A stretch of DNA of 64,000 bases, taken from assembly GCA_004764695.1 (NCBI GenBank), contig SMSO01000008.1, forward strand, positions 744,001 through 808,000, read 5' to 3'. The notes under the pieces were generated by a model. It saw only the letters and a program-made list of their open reading frames with translations, ran no database searches and was not told where the DNA came from. This stretch comes from Schizochytrium sp. TIO01 (taxonomy: Eukaryota > Protista > Bigyra: Labyrinthulomycetes). The translations under genes were made by a program, and so were the position numbers. Below are positions 13,153-24,660 of the stretch, in pieces; position 1 is the stretch's first letter; every line of letters starts with the position of its first letter.

Positions 13153-15171
13153 TCACAGTGTCAAAGAGGAAGAGGGCGGGTCTTGTTTCTCCTTTCTCTC
13201 TATTGCTTCTGCAAGTAGTTTTGCAACTGCAGAGTGCTCATTGAATCGCGCAAGGTCGAGCGCAGAAGAGTTCTCTTTATCACGAATTTGAAGCATGTGA
13301 GGGTATTTCTTAATAACAAAGCCCGTAGCTTCTAAATGGCCACGCTGTGCTGTTTTGTGCAATATTGTGTGACCATTTTTACTACGAATGTCAAGATTGA
13401 GTTCACAATCGTCACCAAGATAAGCGAGCATTTCACAAGAGCCTGTAACTGCTGCCCACTGTGCTGCGTTGCACCCATGCTGGTTCGTGCTATGCGAATC
13501 AGCGCCATGGGCGCGAAGGTAGTCACAAACACGCTTGGCGCCTCCATAGACAGCATAGTGGAAGGCTGTACTGCCGTCCTTCATGCGTATGTTGACATCA
13601 ACGTTGAATTCCTCAACCAACATTTTCACCACATCAAGTTGGTTTTTGCGGGCCGCCCAGTGCAATGCGGTGCGGGCCAATTTATCAGCAGGGTCTCTAG
13701 CTTCAGGGCTTACGTTAAGCTCTTCCAGTATCATCTTGACCACGTCAATGTGCCCAGCTCCAGCAGCCCAGTGCATCGCTGCGACGGACTGTTGAGTGAG
13801 TAATTTGAGCGCACGGTCTTCTTTAACAAAATGAGGGTTTTTTCTCCCCTTAGCGAGGGCCGCCGCTTCCTGATCTTTCCTTTGGCTTAGCAAGCTTTGC
13901 TCCTGTCGGCGATGTATTTCAATTGCTTCACGGACAACTTTAATCTCGCCAGATTTGGCAGCTTCAACTAGGTTTATTCCTTCTTTTCCAGTCACATTCT
14001 CGCGACTAGCAATGGCAGAGCTAGCACCAGTAGCCGCAATTCGTGTCTTAGATGAAGAGTTGTTAACATTCGCCTCCCCCGAGTTGTCTATAGCCACGGA
14101 ATGAGAGCTACCTGCATCATCAGAGATCACCCCGGGCTTACAGGTCTGCAGAGGCAAGGCATTATCAGGATCGAGCTTGGGCCTGTCATCATGACCTTTG
14201 GTAGGTGTAGCGCCGGATTCTGATACTATATCTTGGACTCTTGACGTGACGTGACGCCACATTTGGGCCTGATGCAATGGTACGAGCGCCGTGGCAGCTC
14301 GCCTCGCGCTCTCCACGGAGCTGATGTAGTTCTCGTTGTGCGCGACAATCTGGTGGTCCCGCAGTCCCCGCTGCCCTGCAAAGAACCCGGCACACAGTTT
14401 GCACTGAAGGCGGCCTTTCTCCCGCAGCTGCTCCGCATACATCGCGGTTGTCAGCCAAATTGCCGCGTCCTCCGTCACTCTCGCGTCCACCACAGTCTCC
14501 GCAAACCCCCCCGCATACGTCTCCATCGCTTCCCGCAGCACTTCCTCCGCCACCTCCTTCGCATTCCCAAACACCCTCGTCTTCCTCACACCCCACTCGC
14601 TCTCCGTCTCCACCTCTACAGGCCCTTCTTTTCCCGCAGCTAACCTCACCAGCCCCGCATAGGCTGCCCTTGCCCCCAGTACCTCCATATCCGGCCCTTT
14701 CCCCGCCTGTCTTCTGCGGGGCCTCCACCGCCACTCCTCACCGCACGCACTACCGCACGGGGCCCCGCAGCGCCCCGCAGAGGCCCCTTCAGCGGCCCCT
14801 ACTCCTGCCCTCACATCCGCCCTCTGTTCTGCCTTGCTTTGCTCGAGGTCGCCTCCGTGTAAGAGCAAGCCTTCTCCACGAGTCTGCTCGTGTTGGAGAA
14901 GGCGCTCGTCGAGGTCTGCGTCGCGAGGTGGTGCGCGAACTGCACTGGCCGAGGTGGTTGAAGGCAGCGTGGCAAAGTCTGTTGCGAGCTGGTCCACGAG
15001 GGTTTCTCCTTGCGTGGAGGAACTGTCGAAGGGCTGCGTCTGAGGTGCGTCTTTGTCTGGGTGGCTGGCGCTTGCAAGGCTCATCTTGTTGTGGAGGTCT
15101 CGAGCGTGAGCGCGATCAGACTCCGGCTGACGAGGAGTGAGGACGACTTGGGCAGAGCTGAAAAGAGCCAT
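13153..15171 (-). CDS. C2H2 zinc-finger plus ankyrin-repeat protein; start uncertain (ATG at 15171, about 15084 or 14688)
   Basis: CKLCAGFFAGQRGLRDHQIVAH C2H2 finger. Ankyrin repeats include AMHWAAGAGH, TALHWAARKNQ, TAFHYAVYGG and TILHKTAQRGH. Confidence 0.85.
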   Translation of the reverse strand: MALFSSAQVVLTPRQPESDRAHARDLHNKMSLASASHPDKDAPQTQPFDSSSTQGETLVDQLATDFATLPSTTSASAVRAPPRDADLDERLLQHEQTRGEGLLLHGGDLEQSKAEQRADVRAGVGAAEGASAGRCGAPCGSACGEEWRWRPRRRQAGKGPDMEVLGARAAYAGLVRLAAGKEGPVEVETESEWGVRKTRVFGNAKEVAEEVLREAMETYAGGFAETVVDARVTEDAAIWLTTAMYAEQLREKGRLQCKLCAGFFAGQRGLRDHQIVAHNENYISSVESARRAATALVPLHQAQMWRHVTSRVQDIVSESGATPTKGHDDRPKLDPDNALPLQTCKPGVISDDAGSSHSVAIDNSGEANVNNSSSKTRIAATGASSAIASRENVTGKEGINLVEAAKSGEIKVVREAIEIHRRQEQSLLSQRKDQEAAALAKGRKNPHFVKEDRALKLLTQQSVAAMHWAAGAGHIDVVKMILEELNVSPEARDPADKLARTALHWAARKNQLDVVKMLVEEFNVDVNIRMKDGSTAFHYAVYGGAKRVCDYLRAHGADSHSTNQHGCNAAQWAAVTGSCEMLAYLGDDCELNLDIRSKNGHTILHKTAQRGHLEATGFVIKKYPHMLQIRDKENSSALDLARFNEHSAVAKLLAEAIERKEKQDPPSSSLTL

Positions 15172-16555
15172 GGTTAGGAAGGCCTCTGTAGCGGCTGCGA
15201 CCGCACTGAAGGCGGACTCGGGCGTCATGACCTCCTGGCGACTTGAGATGCAGCGCGATCCGGACTTGCGGCGCGCCAGGCAGCTCGTGCGGCGTGCCAC
15301 CAATGCGCGTGTTGACGTGGACCTCTCCGCAGCGAGGCTCAACGCAAAGGGAGTCCCGTTGCACGCGAGGGCCGCTGTCGGCGATGGGATCCTCGGCGAC
15401 CTCCTCGTTGGGTCTTCGCTCACCACCAACCATGGCCTCCGCAGTATAGTTGCTAAGGTAGCTGCTACGAGGGTATCACCAGAACGCACTTTTGTCTTTG
15501 ATGCTCCCGAGGCAGCAACAACGATGAACATGCTCTATAGGCCCCAGGAGCCACAGTCTTCATCTTCATCTCCTGCACAAGCTGCTTCTACATCTCCAGC
15601 TTCTGCATCTGCCCCATCTACACCTGCATCGCAAGGCACCTCAGAAACGCAACAAAAGATGGAGTCCAATGCATCTGAGCGTCTTGGTGTACAAGGCGAA
15701 AAGACCGGGACTACTGTTGAGCATAAGGAGCTGGTCCTCAAGGCGTGTCCGGTGACAGCATTTTTTGTGACGCACCCGGGTATGATGACGGCAGGATTGC
15801 GAGAGGTGCTGCAGCAGTTGGAGGACCGTGGCTCCAAGGTGTCCAAGTTCGACCAAGAGCCGCGAGGACAGGTCACGGCCCACTATGTGAACCCATCAGA
15901 AGATGGTTCGAAATTTCCCTTGTTCTGGCCGCACGACTCTCCTGTGCAGCCACCAGCAAATGCAACGCTTGTTAAGCCTGGCGATGTCATCCAGATTGGT
16001 AACGAGGGTATCGAGGTCGTGCAGCTCCACACAGCGCCTATCAAGCGCGATTTCCCAGATGTCGGTCACGTGGGATACCTTTTTAAGAAGCAGCAGCTGC
16101 TTTTTACTGGTGATACGCTCTACCCATACGACCTGGAGTCTGATGGATTTCCGGCTCTTGTGACTCCAGAGGTGAAAGCACACCGCAAGTCTCTGATCTC
16201 TTACTTCAATGATAACATCACCATTGCCTCTGCTCACGCCTATGCAATTCATGACATGCTTTTCCCGCTTGCGCTCAACCCGGACTTTAGCAAGTGGCCC
16301 ACGCAGCACCGCTCACTTCAGATGTTTGGCATCAAGGCCTTTTATACCAATATGAGCCCCGAGGAGGCCAAGGATGCCCAGGCTTCTGAGGAAGACGCTC
16401 AAAAAATTATGAGGAACCTCCGGGTTGAGTACAAGGTTGCTCTTGCACGAGCATACCCTTACTACGACTTCCAGGTGAAAAACTGCCGCCGGAGGCTGCT
16501 TACCGCTCTTACCAAGGACATTGTGTTGGCTGAGAAGGCAGCACGCAGAACCTAG
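15170..16555 (+). CDS. Glyoxalase II / metallo-beta-lactamase-fold protein with degenerate metal site (start uncertain)
   Basis: TFVFDAPEA (compare VVDPxEA), FFVTH, GDVIQIG, GHVGYLF, LLFTGDTL and SAHAY (compare GHEY) occur in glyoxalase II order. The THxHxDH motif reads THPGMMT. Confidence 0.8.
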   Translation: MVRKASVAAATALKADSGVMTSWRLEMQRDPDLRRARQLVRRATNARVDVDLSAARLNAKGVPLHARAAVGDGILGDLLVGSSLTTNHGLRSIVAKVAATRVSPERTFVFDAPEAATTMNMLYRPQEPQSSSSSPAQAASTSPASASAPSTPASQGTSETQQKMESNASERLGVQGEKTGTTVEHKELVLKACPVTAFFVTHPGMMTAGLREVLQQLEDRGSKVSKFDQEPRGQVTAHYVNPSEDGSKFPLFWPHDSPVQPPANATLVKPGDVIQIGNEGIEVVQLHTAPIKRDFPDVGHVGYLFKKQQLLFTGDTLYPYDLESDGFPALVTPEVKAHRKSLISYFNDNITIASAHAYAIHDMLFPLALNPDFSKWPTQHRSLQMFGIKAFYTNMSPEEAKDAQASEEDAQKIMRNLRVEYKVALARAYPYYDFQVKNCRRRLLTALTKDIVLAEKAARRT

Positions 16556-17900
16556 TTAGTGAATAAGCCCAATCGACAACATCGTCACGAACCACGTTAA
16601 TGCACATGTATCGAGTAAAGGCAATTAACGGCCCAGCGAACAAGAGGGTTTCAATCAACATGCATACTTAGGAATAAAATAAATGTGGACCCAGCACATT
16701 CGCAAGCTATCCATCTATAAACGTATCAGATAGCCTGGTAGACATGCAAGGATGAAAGGGAGATGCCTATTATCTCTTCTTTTACCAAGTCGTCATATAT
16801 ATGCTCATCTATCCTCTGTCTCCGATGCGTGGGGCTACCTTTACCTTCATTCGCATTCTATATACTTCTATTTCTCTATTTTTCCTTTTATGTGGGAGAC
16901 CAAGAATGGCAACAGTAAAAAATCACCACTGGTTGTCCCTCACGCAGTTGGCTTGCTTGCTTTTGGCTTGCTTGCTTGCTTCTTTGGTTCTACTCATTTA
17001 GAAGCGCTTGCAATTTAAAACTATTGCACATCTCCCCAGGTGTTTATCAACTTTCTCTAGAGATGCTCATCAGATGGCCAGGAGATCAAATTGCAGCACG
17101 TTCAATTTCATAGAATTACTTATAGGCTCAAAATTATTTTTTAACCTGTGTTAGATGATTACTTTGTTACTTTATGGAGCTGGGTAGTACAAGAGAAGAG
17201 GTAAATGCTGGAATTGAAAATCTGCATAAATAAGAAAGAAACTGGGATGTTGCAATGCTCTTGTGCGTGAAGTGAATACAAATATAGAGCCTGGATTGTA
17301 GCTTATCATCAACGTGAATTAATGACATGCTTACGTTGACATGACCGATAGATATAAGTCACCGCGTGAATTTCATTGGTCAGGATATATGTTTAGGCCC
17401 ACTTTCAGTTCCTCAATTTTTTAAAGGAACATCGGCACTACCAAATTCAGAATGCTGAGTTTGGTGGCAATAATCCTATGTCCATTGTATAAGATAGGAA
17501 CGTAAACTTAGCTTTCTCTTTGCTCAAAATGGTTCAAGAGTTTATGTATGAGTGGTGCAATCTTTTCTTACATCTGAACTTACGAGCTACAAATATGTGG
17601 CTTCTTGGAAAATGACTATTATAAGTAGTCAAATTAAGTCTTTAATTGCCGACACCCCTTCCCCCCCCAGCAACATAACCCTTTCAGCGCATATAAACCA
17701 TGAATGTATTCTGTCACATTCAAAATTTGATCTCCAATTAATATATGATTCAACGTGTACTCTATAATGAAATTCCAAAGCTACTATAAATGTTGAAATC
17801 AGCAGCTAGTATAAAGTTAAGTTTTCGTATTTTTTAGATCAACCAAACAGAAAAAATAACTAATGTTAGAATTTAATTACACCCCGAAGTCGAGTTCCGT

Positions 17901-18354
17901 TTAAATCTTCGGGAGCTGACGGATAAGCTCTTTGCTGCAATCTTTCACCAGGACAATAGATGCTGCGTATAGAAGCTCAGATTTGCGTTTATTTGTAGCG
18001 AATGCGCTATAAAATAAGTTCATGACCATGAATGTTTCATCAGCATCAGGTATGGAGTCCCAAATTAAAGTTTTGAGTATCATGAACAAATTGTGATCTT
18101 TGAGCATAGTATTCGCAAGACATTAATGTAGTCTACAGAATGGAATCATACCATTCATTCTTTACGTATGGGTTAAGCAAAGGCATGACCTCTTTGACGT
18201 TTTTTAGTATTTTGGTGATATAAGTTATGGAGGACAGGTTTATCTTTAATTTTGCTAAATAAACTTTAAAACTTGATATTAGAAGTTCTTGTTCCCTTTT
18301 TCTTGATTCTTTTGGGTGTGGGCGGCAAGTGGGCTCTAAGTGCGCACAATACAT
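17901..18354 (-). pseudogene. Possible AT-rich decayed coding fragment of unknown family
   Basis: Two adjacent protein-like ORFs (73 and 68 aa) on the same strand are separated by a stop and a frameshift. No recognisable motif. Confidence 0.25.
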
Positions 18355-18584
18355 AATCCCCGACTATTTTGCTTTAAGTTTGAATGCGGATGCTTCTACC
18401 TATCCGCTTCGGTCCTCTTCAAAAAAAGCTTTAAATTACAATTCTCCGTTGCCATGCAAATCAGATATATATACCCGAAATCAAAAGAATTAACTCTCAA
18501 AGGGATTATTATTAAAATTCATAAGAATGTGTAAACGTCTGTTCCAATGGGTTAATAAAATATATACACGTTTGCTGATAGCCA

Positions 18585-18715
18585 ATCCCTGAGCATCCAG
18601 AGGTTGACTGGTGAGCTGGAAGCAAGGAGCTTGGAAAGCATGATAATGCTCAAGAATGCGTTATGTACTTAGGTTTATATAGTTAGCGATCTTTTAGCCG
18701 TGGAGATGATCCGAT
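18585..18715 (+). pseudogene. Weak additional copy of the relic family
   Basis: GAGGTTGACTG...GGAAGCAAGG and AGTTAGCGA...TGGAGATGA occur in the same order as in the other copies. Confidence 0.35.
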
Positions 18716-19529
18716 GGGTTGGTTCATAAGTGCTTTCCTTATCCAGTACTTTAGTTGTCCTTATACATCATAATCCCCTGGATTTTGTATTGGCCTTTTA
18801 CTCGTGAGTTTTTTTGCTCTCACATCTTCGTATTTTCCCAAATCATAATGAAAGAAACAGACGAAGAAGGGAGCGCAATGGACATAACCTCAAAATATTT
18901 AAAGGTTGGTATTGTGAGAGTCGAGAGCTTGTTATTTGATTTAACATTTTAAGTCAACTATACAAAAGGGTGAATCAACATTCGCAACGCGTTTTATTTG
19001 TTTGAGTTAGCACTGCTCTTAAGAACCCATGTATATTAAAATGCCATAGAGGTAGAATGAAAAGCTCTCATAAAGTGAAGTCCAACTCATCAAAGAGAGA
19101 TTTATCATGAAAGGTTGTGTTTATCGTTTATTGATTGGGTAGGTAGTTTCTCATTTCATTCATGAACAACATTGTACGCAGCCACGATCAATTGACACCG
19201 GTCCAGAGTATAAACCTCCATCATTCAGGATTGATCCAATGTCGTGAATATCCATAAACACCACACACTAAAAGCGGGAGCATGCCATCCAACAAATTCG
19301 CTAGTTAACAAGGCCCGTCAACACCCACCGCACCTCTCCTGAACTCCGTTTAATAGATTTCCAAAGTAGATTCTATCTCCTCACCCCTTACTTTAATTGA
19401 AAGAAGTGTGGATGTTTTTTATCCTTTGCATGTCTTATTTTACTCTTTCTTAGTTGGGGTGCATAAGGCAAGGTATGCGTATTCAGGTGTTATGCACGCC
19501 ACTGCCTGCATAAAGCTAGGAGTGCGTTG

Positions 19530-20420
19530 AAGGTATTGGAACAGACATTAATTCTAAGGTGTTTTAATGACATATTGTTTTTGGTTACTTTTCTCCGGCG
19601 TGGTCCTGCCACATAATCGAGTCTGAAGTTTGAAGCCTTTGCTTAGAGGCAGTACATTTCCAATACTTAATTTCGCGAGCTGGTGATACATAGTCTCGCC
19701 ATTTTCTTGCGGGTTGGTCTGTCAATTAACAAAAACACTTTAGAAGGTTTCGCGGCTGCTTAATTTAATACTCAGAGTTTCGGTAGGTGTATTGAAAAAG
19801 ACAATATATAATCCTAAGGTATTTTGATAACATATTGTTTGTAGTAACTTCTACGATTATTGTAGTAGCTTATCTCTGGCGTGGTCATGTCACATATTAA
19901 TCAAGCTTGAAGTTTGAAGCCTCTGGTTAGAGGCAATACTTCAATTTCGCGACGGGTCATACAAAGTCTCGCGACTTTCGTGCGGGTTGGTGTGTCAATG
20001 GACAAAAGCACTTTACAAGGTTTCGCGGCTGCTGAGCACACTCTGAAGGCAGTGGAGCAAATGGCTTATTGATTTAATACTCAGAGTTTCGGTAGAAGTA
20101 TTGAAAAAGACAACAATTCTAAGAAACTTTAATAACATTTGCTTCAACGATTACTGTAACTGATCTCAGGCGTAGTCACATCATCAAGTTTAAAGTTTCA
20201 ATCATTTGCTTACAGGCAGTGAAACTTCAACCTTAATTTTGCGAGCGGATCATAGTGTAGCCATTTTCTTACGGGTTCGTCTGTCAATGATATAAAACAC
20301 TTCATAGGCTGATCACACCCTGTAGTGGGGCAAATCTGTCAATGATATAAAGCACTTCATTAGCTGATCACACTCTGTAGTGGGGCAAATGATGGTTAAA
20401 TTTAACACTCATCCTTTTGG
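19530..20420. repeat. Three diverged tandem copies of a roughly 260-320 bp unit, the third with an internal 55-bp duplication
   Basis: Recurrent blocks GTATTGRAA, GGCGTRGTC, AAGTTTGAAGCC, AATTTCGCGA, CGGGTTGGT-TGTCAAT and TTTAATACTCAGAGTTTCGGTAG. 20280-20334 is nearly identical to 20335-20389. Confidence 0.9.
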
Positions 20421-22515
20421 CAGATCCTTCAGGGACGTTAGTGCGGGCGAATAAAGAAAAGTTGCTGATTGAATCTTTCGACGCATGCATGTGGATTTTA
20501 AAAAATTCTCATTTCGTCACTTGGAATCTGGGTTCTTACTATCATACATCGACGAAGATCACTTCATTCTAGGTTAAGATTGGTCATCGCGTCGGCATTG
20601 GCGTTGGCAGTGGCCGTAGCCCAGGCTTCGGTCTTCTACCCCAAGAACGACGCACGTAGGATGATTGATTGTCTTCCACTCCTGCCCCTTTCTGGCAATC
20701 AAAGCTTAGTCTAATTCGTGTTGGACCTCTATTGCCCTGCGCGTTGACGCTTACATGACTACAGTTACGTTCGTCACACATCTTCCATTCGCTCCCAGCA
20801 ATTGGTCTTCCGTGGTCTGAATTTCTCATCATGGCTGTCAGTAGTGTCTAGTATCGTGTTTTTTTTTTTTTTTTTTTTTTTCACCCTTTGGGCTTAATTT
20901 CAATTACTGGCAGTGGCTTCGAGGGGGGGAAATGTCTCCTCCCGGCTGCTTGGTTGGTGGCTTGAGCGAGTATCGTTGAGACTCGCAATTCAGTTTCTCA
21001 AATGCGTACCCATGCATACATACATGCATCATTCGCTTCTTCTTCCTGCAGCAAAGTGCATTGAGACATTAAAATACCGACAGGGTATTACACACAACTC
21101 TAAAACACCGACAGGATTTACATAGAAGCAATCGATGAATATCGCATAATAACAAAAACACCCCCACGGTATTCGTATTCCTACTGCCACTCCTCTGCCG
21201 ACCAGCGCTCCTTCCCTTTTCAAAAACCCACGGCTACACAACGGAAGACACCCGTATCGTTTTGTCTCGTTCTTGCATGATAACTCTGCTGACGAGCTAT
21301 TGCTCTAACGCCCTAGAGCAATCCTTTGGCTGCTCGGATTCAGCTGACGAAAGGTGCCTGGTGACTACCACGCAAAAGCTGTAGACAGCCACTACTTCAA
21401 GCAAGGCGTCGGCACGTGTGTGTACCACCATGTTCTCTCGCACTTTTGCCGCGCCGCCAATCTCGAATATTAATCGGCACGTGAAAACCAATCAATCAAT
21501 CAATCATCCGCCAAACGATGTGTGCGGTTTGTCTGCGAAGTAAATTGCGCCTCCGAGTGGAAGGCTCGCTGCTGAATTCACAGTTCCCCCAACCCGAGCG
21601 CGATGGGTGTCATTCTCGAGTACGGCCTCAAGAACTTCATTTAATTTCCGCTGTCTTCGTCCATTCTCACGCAAATTAACGACCCAAAGGCCCTTCCACC
21701 GAGTTTTGGAGTTTTGCACGTCAACTGTCCATTGATTCAGCATGGCGTGTGGTCAATCACAATTAATCAATCAATCGAATAATCGATCAATCGATCAATC
21801 GGTTCGCACCAAGGAATAAACAACAGCAGCCTTGAGAGAGAAAGAAACCCAACTCACTCCACACAAAGTTGGGCCTGCCTGGCAACGGCAATGGGCTGAT
21901 CGAATGTCATTTCGCGTGCCTTCATTTGCGATATCGAGAGGAGGCCTTCAGCTGTCTTCTTCTTTGCAGCACGTCCTCCTCGAGGTGCGATTCAGGGGAG
22001 TAGAGTGGGAGTAGCACGTTTTCAGAACTGTTGATAGGAACACAGGCAAAAAGAACGCATATACCACGCTATGGAACTAACTACGCAGTCGCTAGTGTTC
22101 ATACACCAGTCTTGTAAGGGAACAGACACAGTGCCTTCGTTTTTTTGTGTGTTTTCCCCCTCTCTCTTCAAGAAGAAAAAGAAAAAACCTAAAACTAAAA
22201 ACTAAAAACTAGAAACTAGAAACCACTTGTTTTATAAAAGATAAAAATAAAAAATAAAAAACATTTTAACTAAGAAGGACCGCTTTTTATTAACTTAAAA
22301 ACATGGAGGTTTAGCAGGTCGCAGTAAACGTTTTGATTTAAAATAAATAAATTAAAAACTAAAAGTATACTTACAAAAAATAATTGTTGGAAATGAAAGG
22401 AGAGATTCAATTTACGGAAAGGAAGGTTGCATAAGCAAAGTAAACCACGTGACTAAAGCAAACAAGTGCTTGTAACTAGTTCGCTATTCACTGTAACAGC
22501 CCCAGCCAGCCCCCC

Positions 22516-22544
22516 TATTTAAACTCGAAGCCCCAGACTCAGTT
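22516..22544 (+). promoter_or_regulatory. TATA box plus initiator-like element
   Basis: TATTTAAA at 22516-22523 in a GC-rich context. TCAGTT at 22539-22544, with the A 25 nt after the TATA start, followed by a pyrimidine-rich leader. Confidence 0.5.
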
Positions 22545-23127
22545 CTTCTTTCCCGGTGCCGCTATCTTCTTTCGCTCTTTTCCCCAAATCATCTGTACCT
22601 ACATTGAAGAACTTATCAATCAAAAATTATAATAAACAACAAAAGAAACAATAAAACTGATAAAATGAATGATCAATCATAAAAAGCCAAAACTAACTAT
22701 CTTCCATTCCTCCTTTCTTCTTCTACGTTTTCTAAACGGGGATAAAAAAAAAAAAAACAAAAGCGCAGCTAACTAAGAACTCATAGTAGCCACACACAGA
22801 CAGAAGTTCCTCGAGCCCAAGTGGGCAGAACAGAACAAACAGATCACAGACAGATCCGCAGCGCCTCATCTCTTCGAAAGCTCGCAGAAAGTATCAAAGC
22901 CCTCAGTCTCAAGCAAGCAAGCAAGCAAGCACTCTAAACGGCGCTGCCCACAACCATCACAGCTGGTTATAGAGTTAGCTTGCGTTAGCGCCTCTCGCGA
23001 TTCATTCATGAGCGGGTGCCTCTTAAAGACAGCGGCCAGCTCTAAGTTACCTACCTACTTAGTCGAAAGGTGCGAATGAATGGTCGAATGAGGGCAAAAC
23101 AACTGCAGTGACGCAGAAGAGCTTAAA

Positions 23128-23340
23128 GTGAATGCAATCAATAGAATCAATGCAATGACTGCAATGAGTGCAGTCAATAGAATGAGTGCAATGAATAAAG
23201 TCCATGAAATCAATAGAAACAATGCAATGAGTGCAGTCAATAGAATGAATGCAATGAATGTAATCAATAGAATGCATGCAATGAATGCAATGAATAAAAT
23301 CCATGCAATGAATGCAATGAGTGCAGTCAATGAAATGGAG
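23128..23340. repeat. 9-bp-unit minisatellite (AATGCAATG / AGTGCAGTC / AATAGAATG variants)
   Basis: About 23 in-register 9-mers read directly. Confidence 0.9.
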
Positions 23341-23925
23341 GAACAAGAGGCATTCAGGTCAAATTGTCCTATCTATGGAAATCCCAAACAACCAAGCACC
23401 CGTCACAATCGGATGGAAAGTCAAACAGTCGAGAGTTCTCAAGAGCGAAACGGAAAGCGTCCAAAAGAACAACCACTACGTCGTCGCTGTTTGAGGTAGG
23501 TCTTGAAGGTAGCGATGCTCGATGGAGGTTTTGGCGGTTTTGGTACCCGAAGTCGGCGGCGATAATTACAAGTATGCCTCTGCCTCAAAATCTATAGCAG
23601 GACCTGGAAATTACATTTTAAGCCTGCCAGTTCCAGCGCGTCGGTTGAGTTTCCAAACGGCTTGAGGGCTCGCGGTTGATCAGGATTTCCAACTCGAGCT
23701 TGGGCCTCTGACTGAGTTTGGTGTTCTCGATCTAACAATGTCTCTAGAGCCGAATGGCTTCGAGCTTAACGAGCCGAATGAGCTTGAGCTTGGAAACTGT
23801 GATTTATCGATCGATCCTTCTTCATCATCGTAATTCGTATCCTTCTTTCTTTCACTCACCCCAAAGCACACTTGCTAGCAGTTTCTATCCTTATCTCCTA
23901 AGAGGGCGTCAAAAAAAAGAAAAAA

Positions 23926-23997
23926 AGATAAGAAGATAAGAAGATAAGAAGATAAGAAGATAAGAAGATAAAAAGATAAAAAGATAAAAAGATAAAA
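23926..23997. repeat. 8-bp tandem array: 5x AGATAAGA plus 4x AGATAAAA
   Basis: Read directly; each unit contains AGATAA. Confidence 0.9.
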
Positions 23998-24514
23998 AGA
24001 GTATAGTACTAATGCTACTACAGTACTGTCTAGTAAATGCGAGTAAATGAGAGGGAGAACTTCCTAACAGCAGCATTCGAAATGCGGTAAATAATAAACA
24101 AAGAGAAGAACTTGGAGAAAAAAAGGGGTAAAAAGGGGAAAAAAGGAAAAAAAAGAAAAGAAAAAAAGATAGAAACGAAAAGGCCCAAAACGGCGCAAGA
24201 TCCAAATTTCGACCGTAAGGTCACTCACTCACTCACTCAGTCAGTACAAAAGAGAGAGAGTGACGAAAATAATGCAAACTCGTGCAAACAAATCGATCGA
24301 AAAAGCGAAGCGAACCGCAGTTCGACTGAAGAGTCCGTCGATGGTAATCTGCATAGGCTTTAACTCCGCACCGAGTTTTCAGGCTGTTCGAGTGCCGCGG
24401 TAAAGCTCTGAAATCGAAGCTCGTGTCAACAGCTGCAACGTCTTGTTCGTCGTTCCTGTCGTGGAGTTGACAACCAAATCGATCGGCAAACTCAATGATA
24501 AGCCGGGGCGCAGT

Positions 24515-24660
24515 CAACAAACAAACAAATAAATAAACAAACAAACAAATAAATAAACAAACAAACAAATAAATAAACAATAAACAAATAAATAAACAAT
24601 AAACAAATAAATAAACAAATGAATAAACCAACAAAGAAATGAATAAATAAACAAACAAAG
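24515..24660. repeat. Compound (AAAC/AAAT)n microsatellite
   Basis: Read directly. Confidence 0.9.

Noticed and set aside
15172-15531. N-terminal 120 aa of the 792-aa ankyrin ORF
   Set aside because: It overlaps plus-strand sequence that carries glyoxalase II-like motifs, so it is more likely an antisense open frame.
18793-18801. GCCTTTTAC, matching U5 snRNA loop I
   Set aside because: No flanking stem supports a U5 structure.
20858-20881. Poly-T run as a retroposon tail
   Set aside because: No target-site duplication or recognisable element body, and A/T runs are common here.
21289-21352. Hammerhead-like CTGACGA, a 9-bp hairpin (21299-21322) and a later GAAA
   Set aside because: GAAA does not directly close stem II, and stems I and III could not be formed.
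23059-23346. His/Cys-rich, metallothionein-looking minus-strand ORF
   Set aside because: A by-product of the 9-bp minisatellite, with a non-ATG start and no supporting signals.
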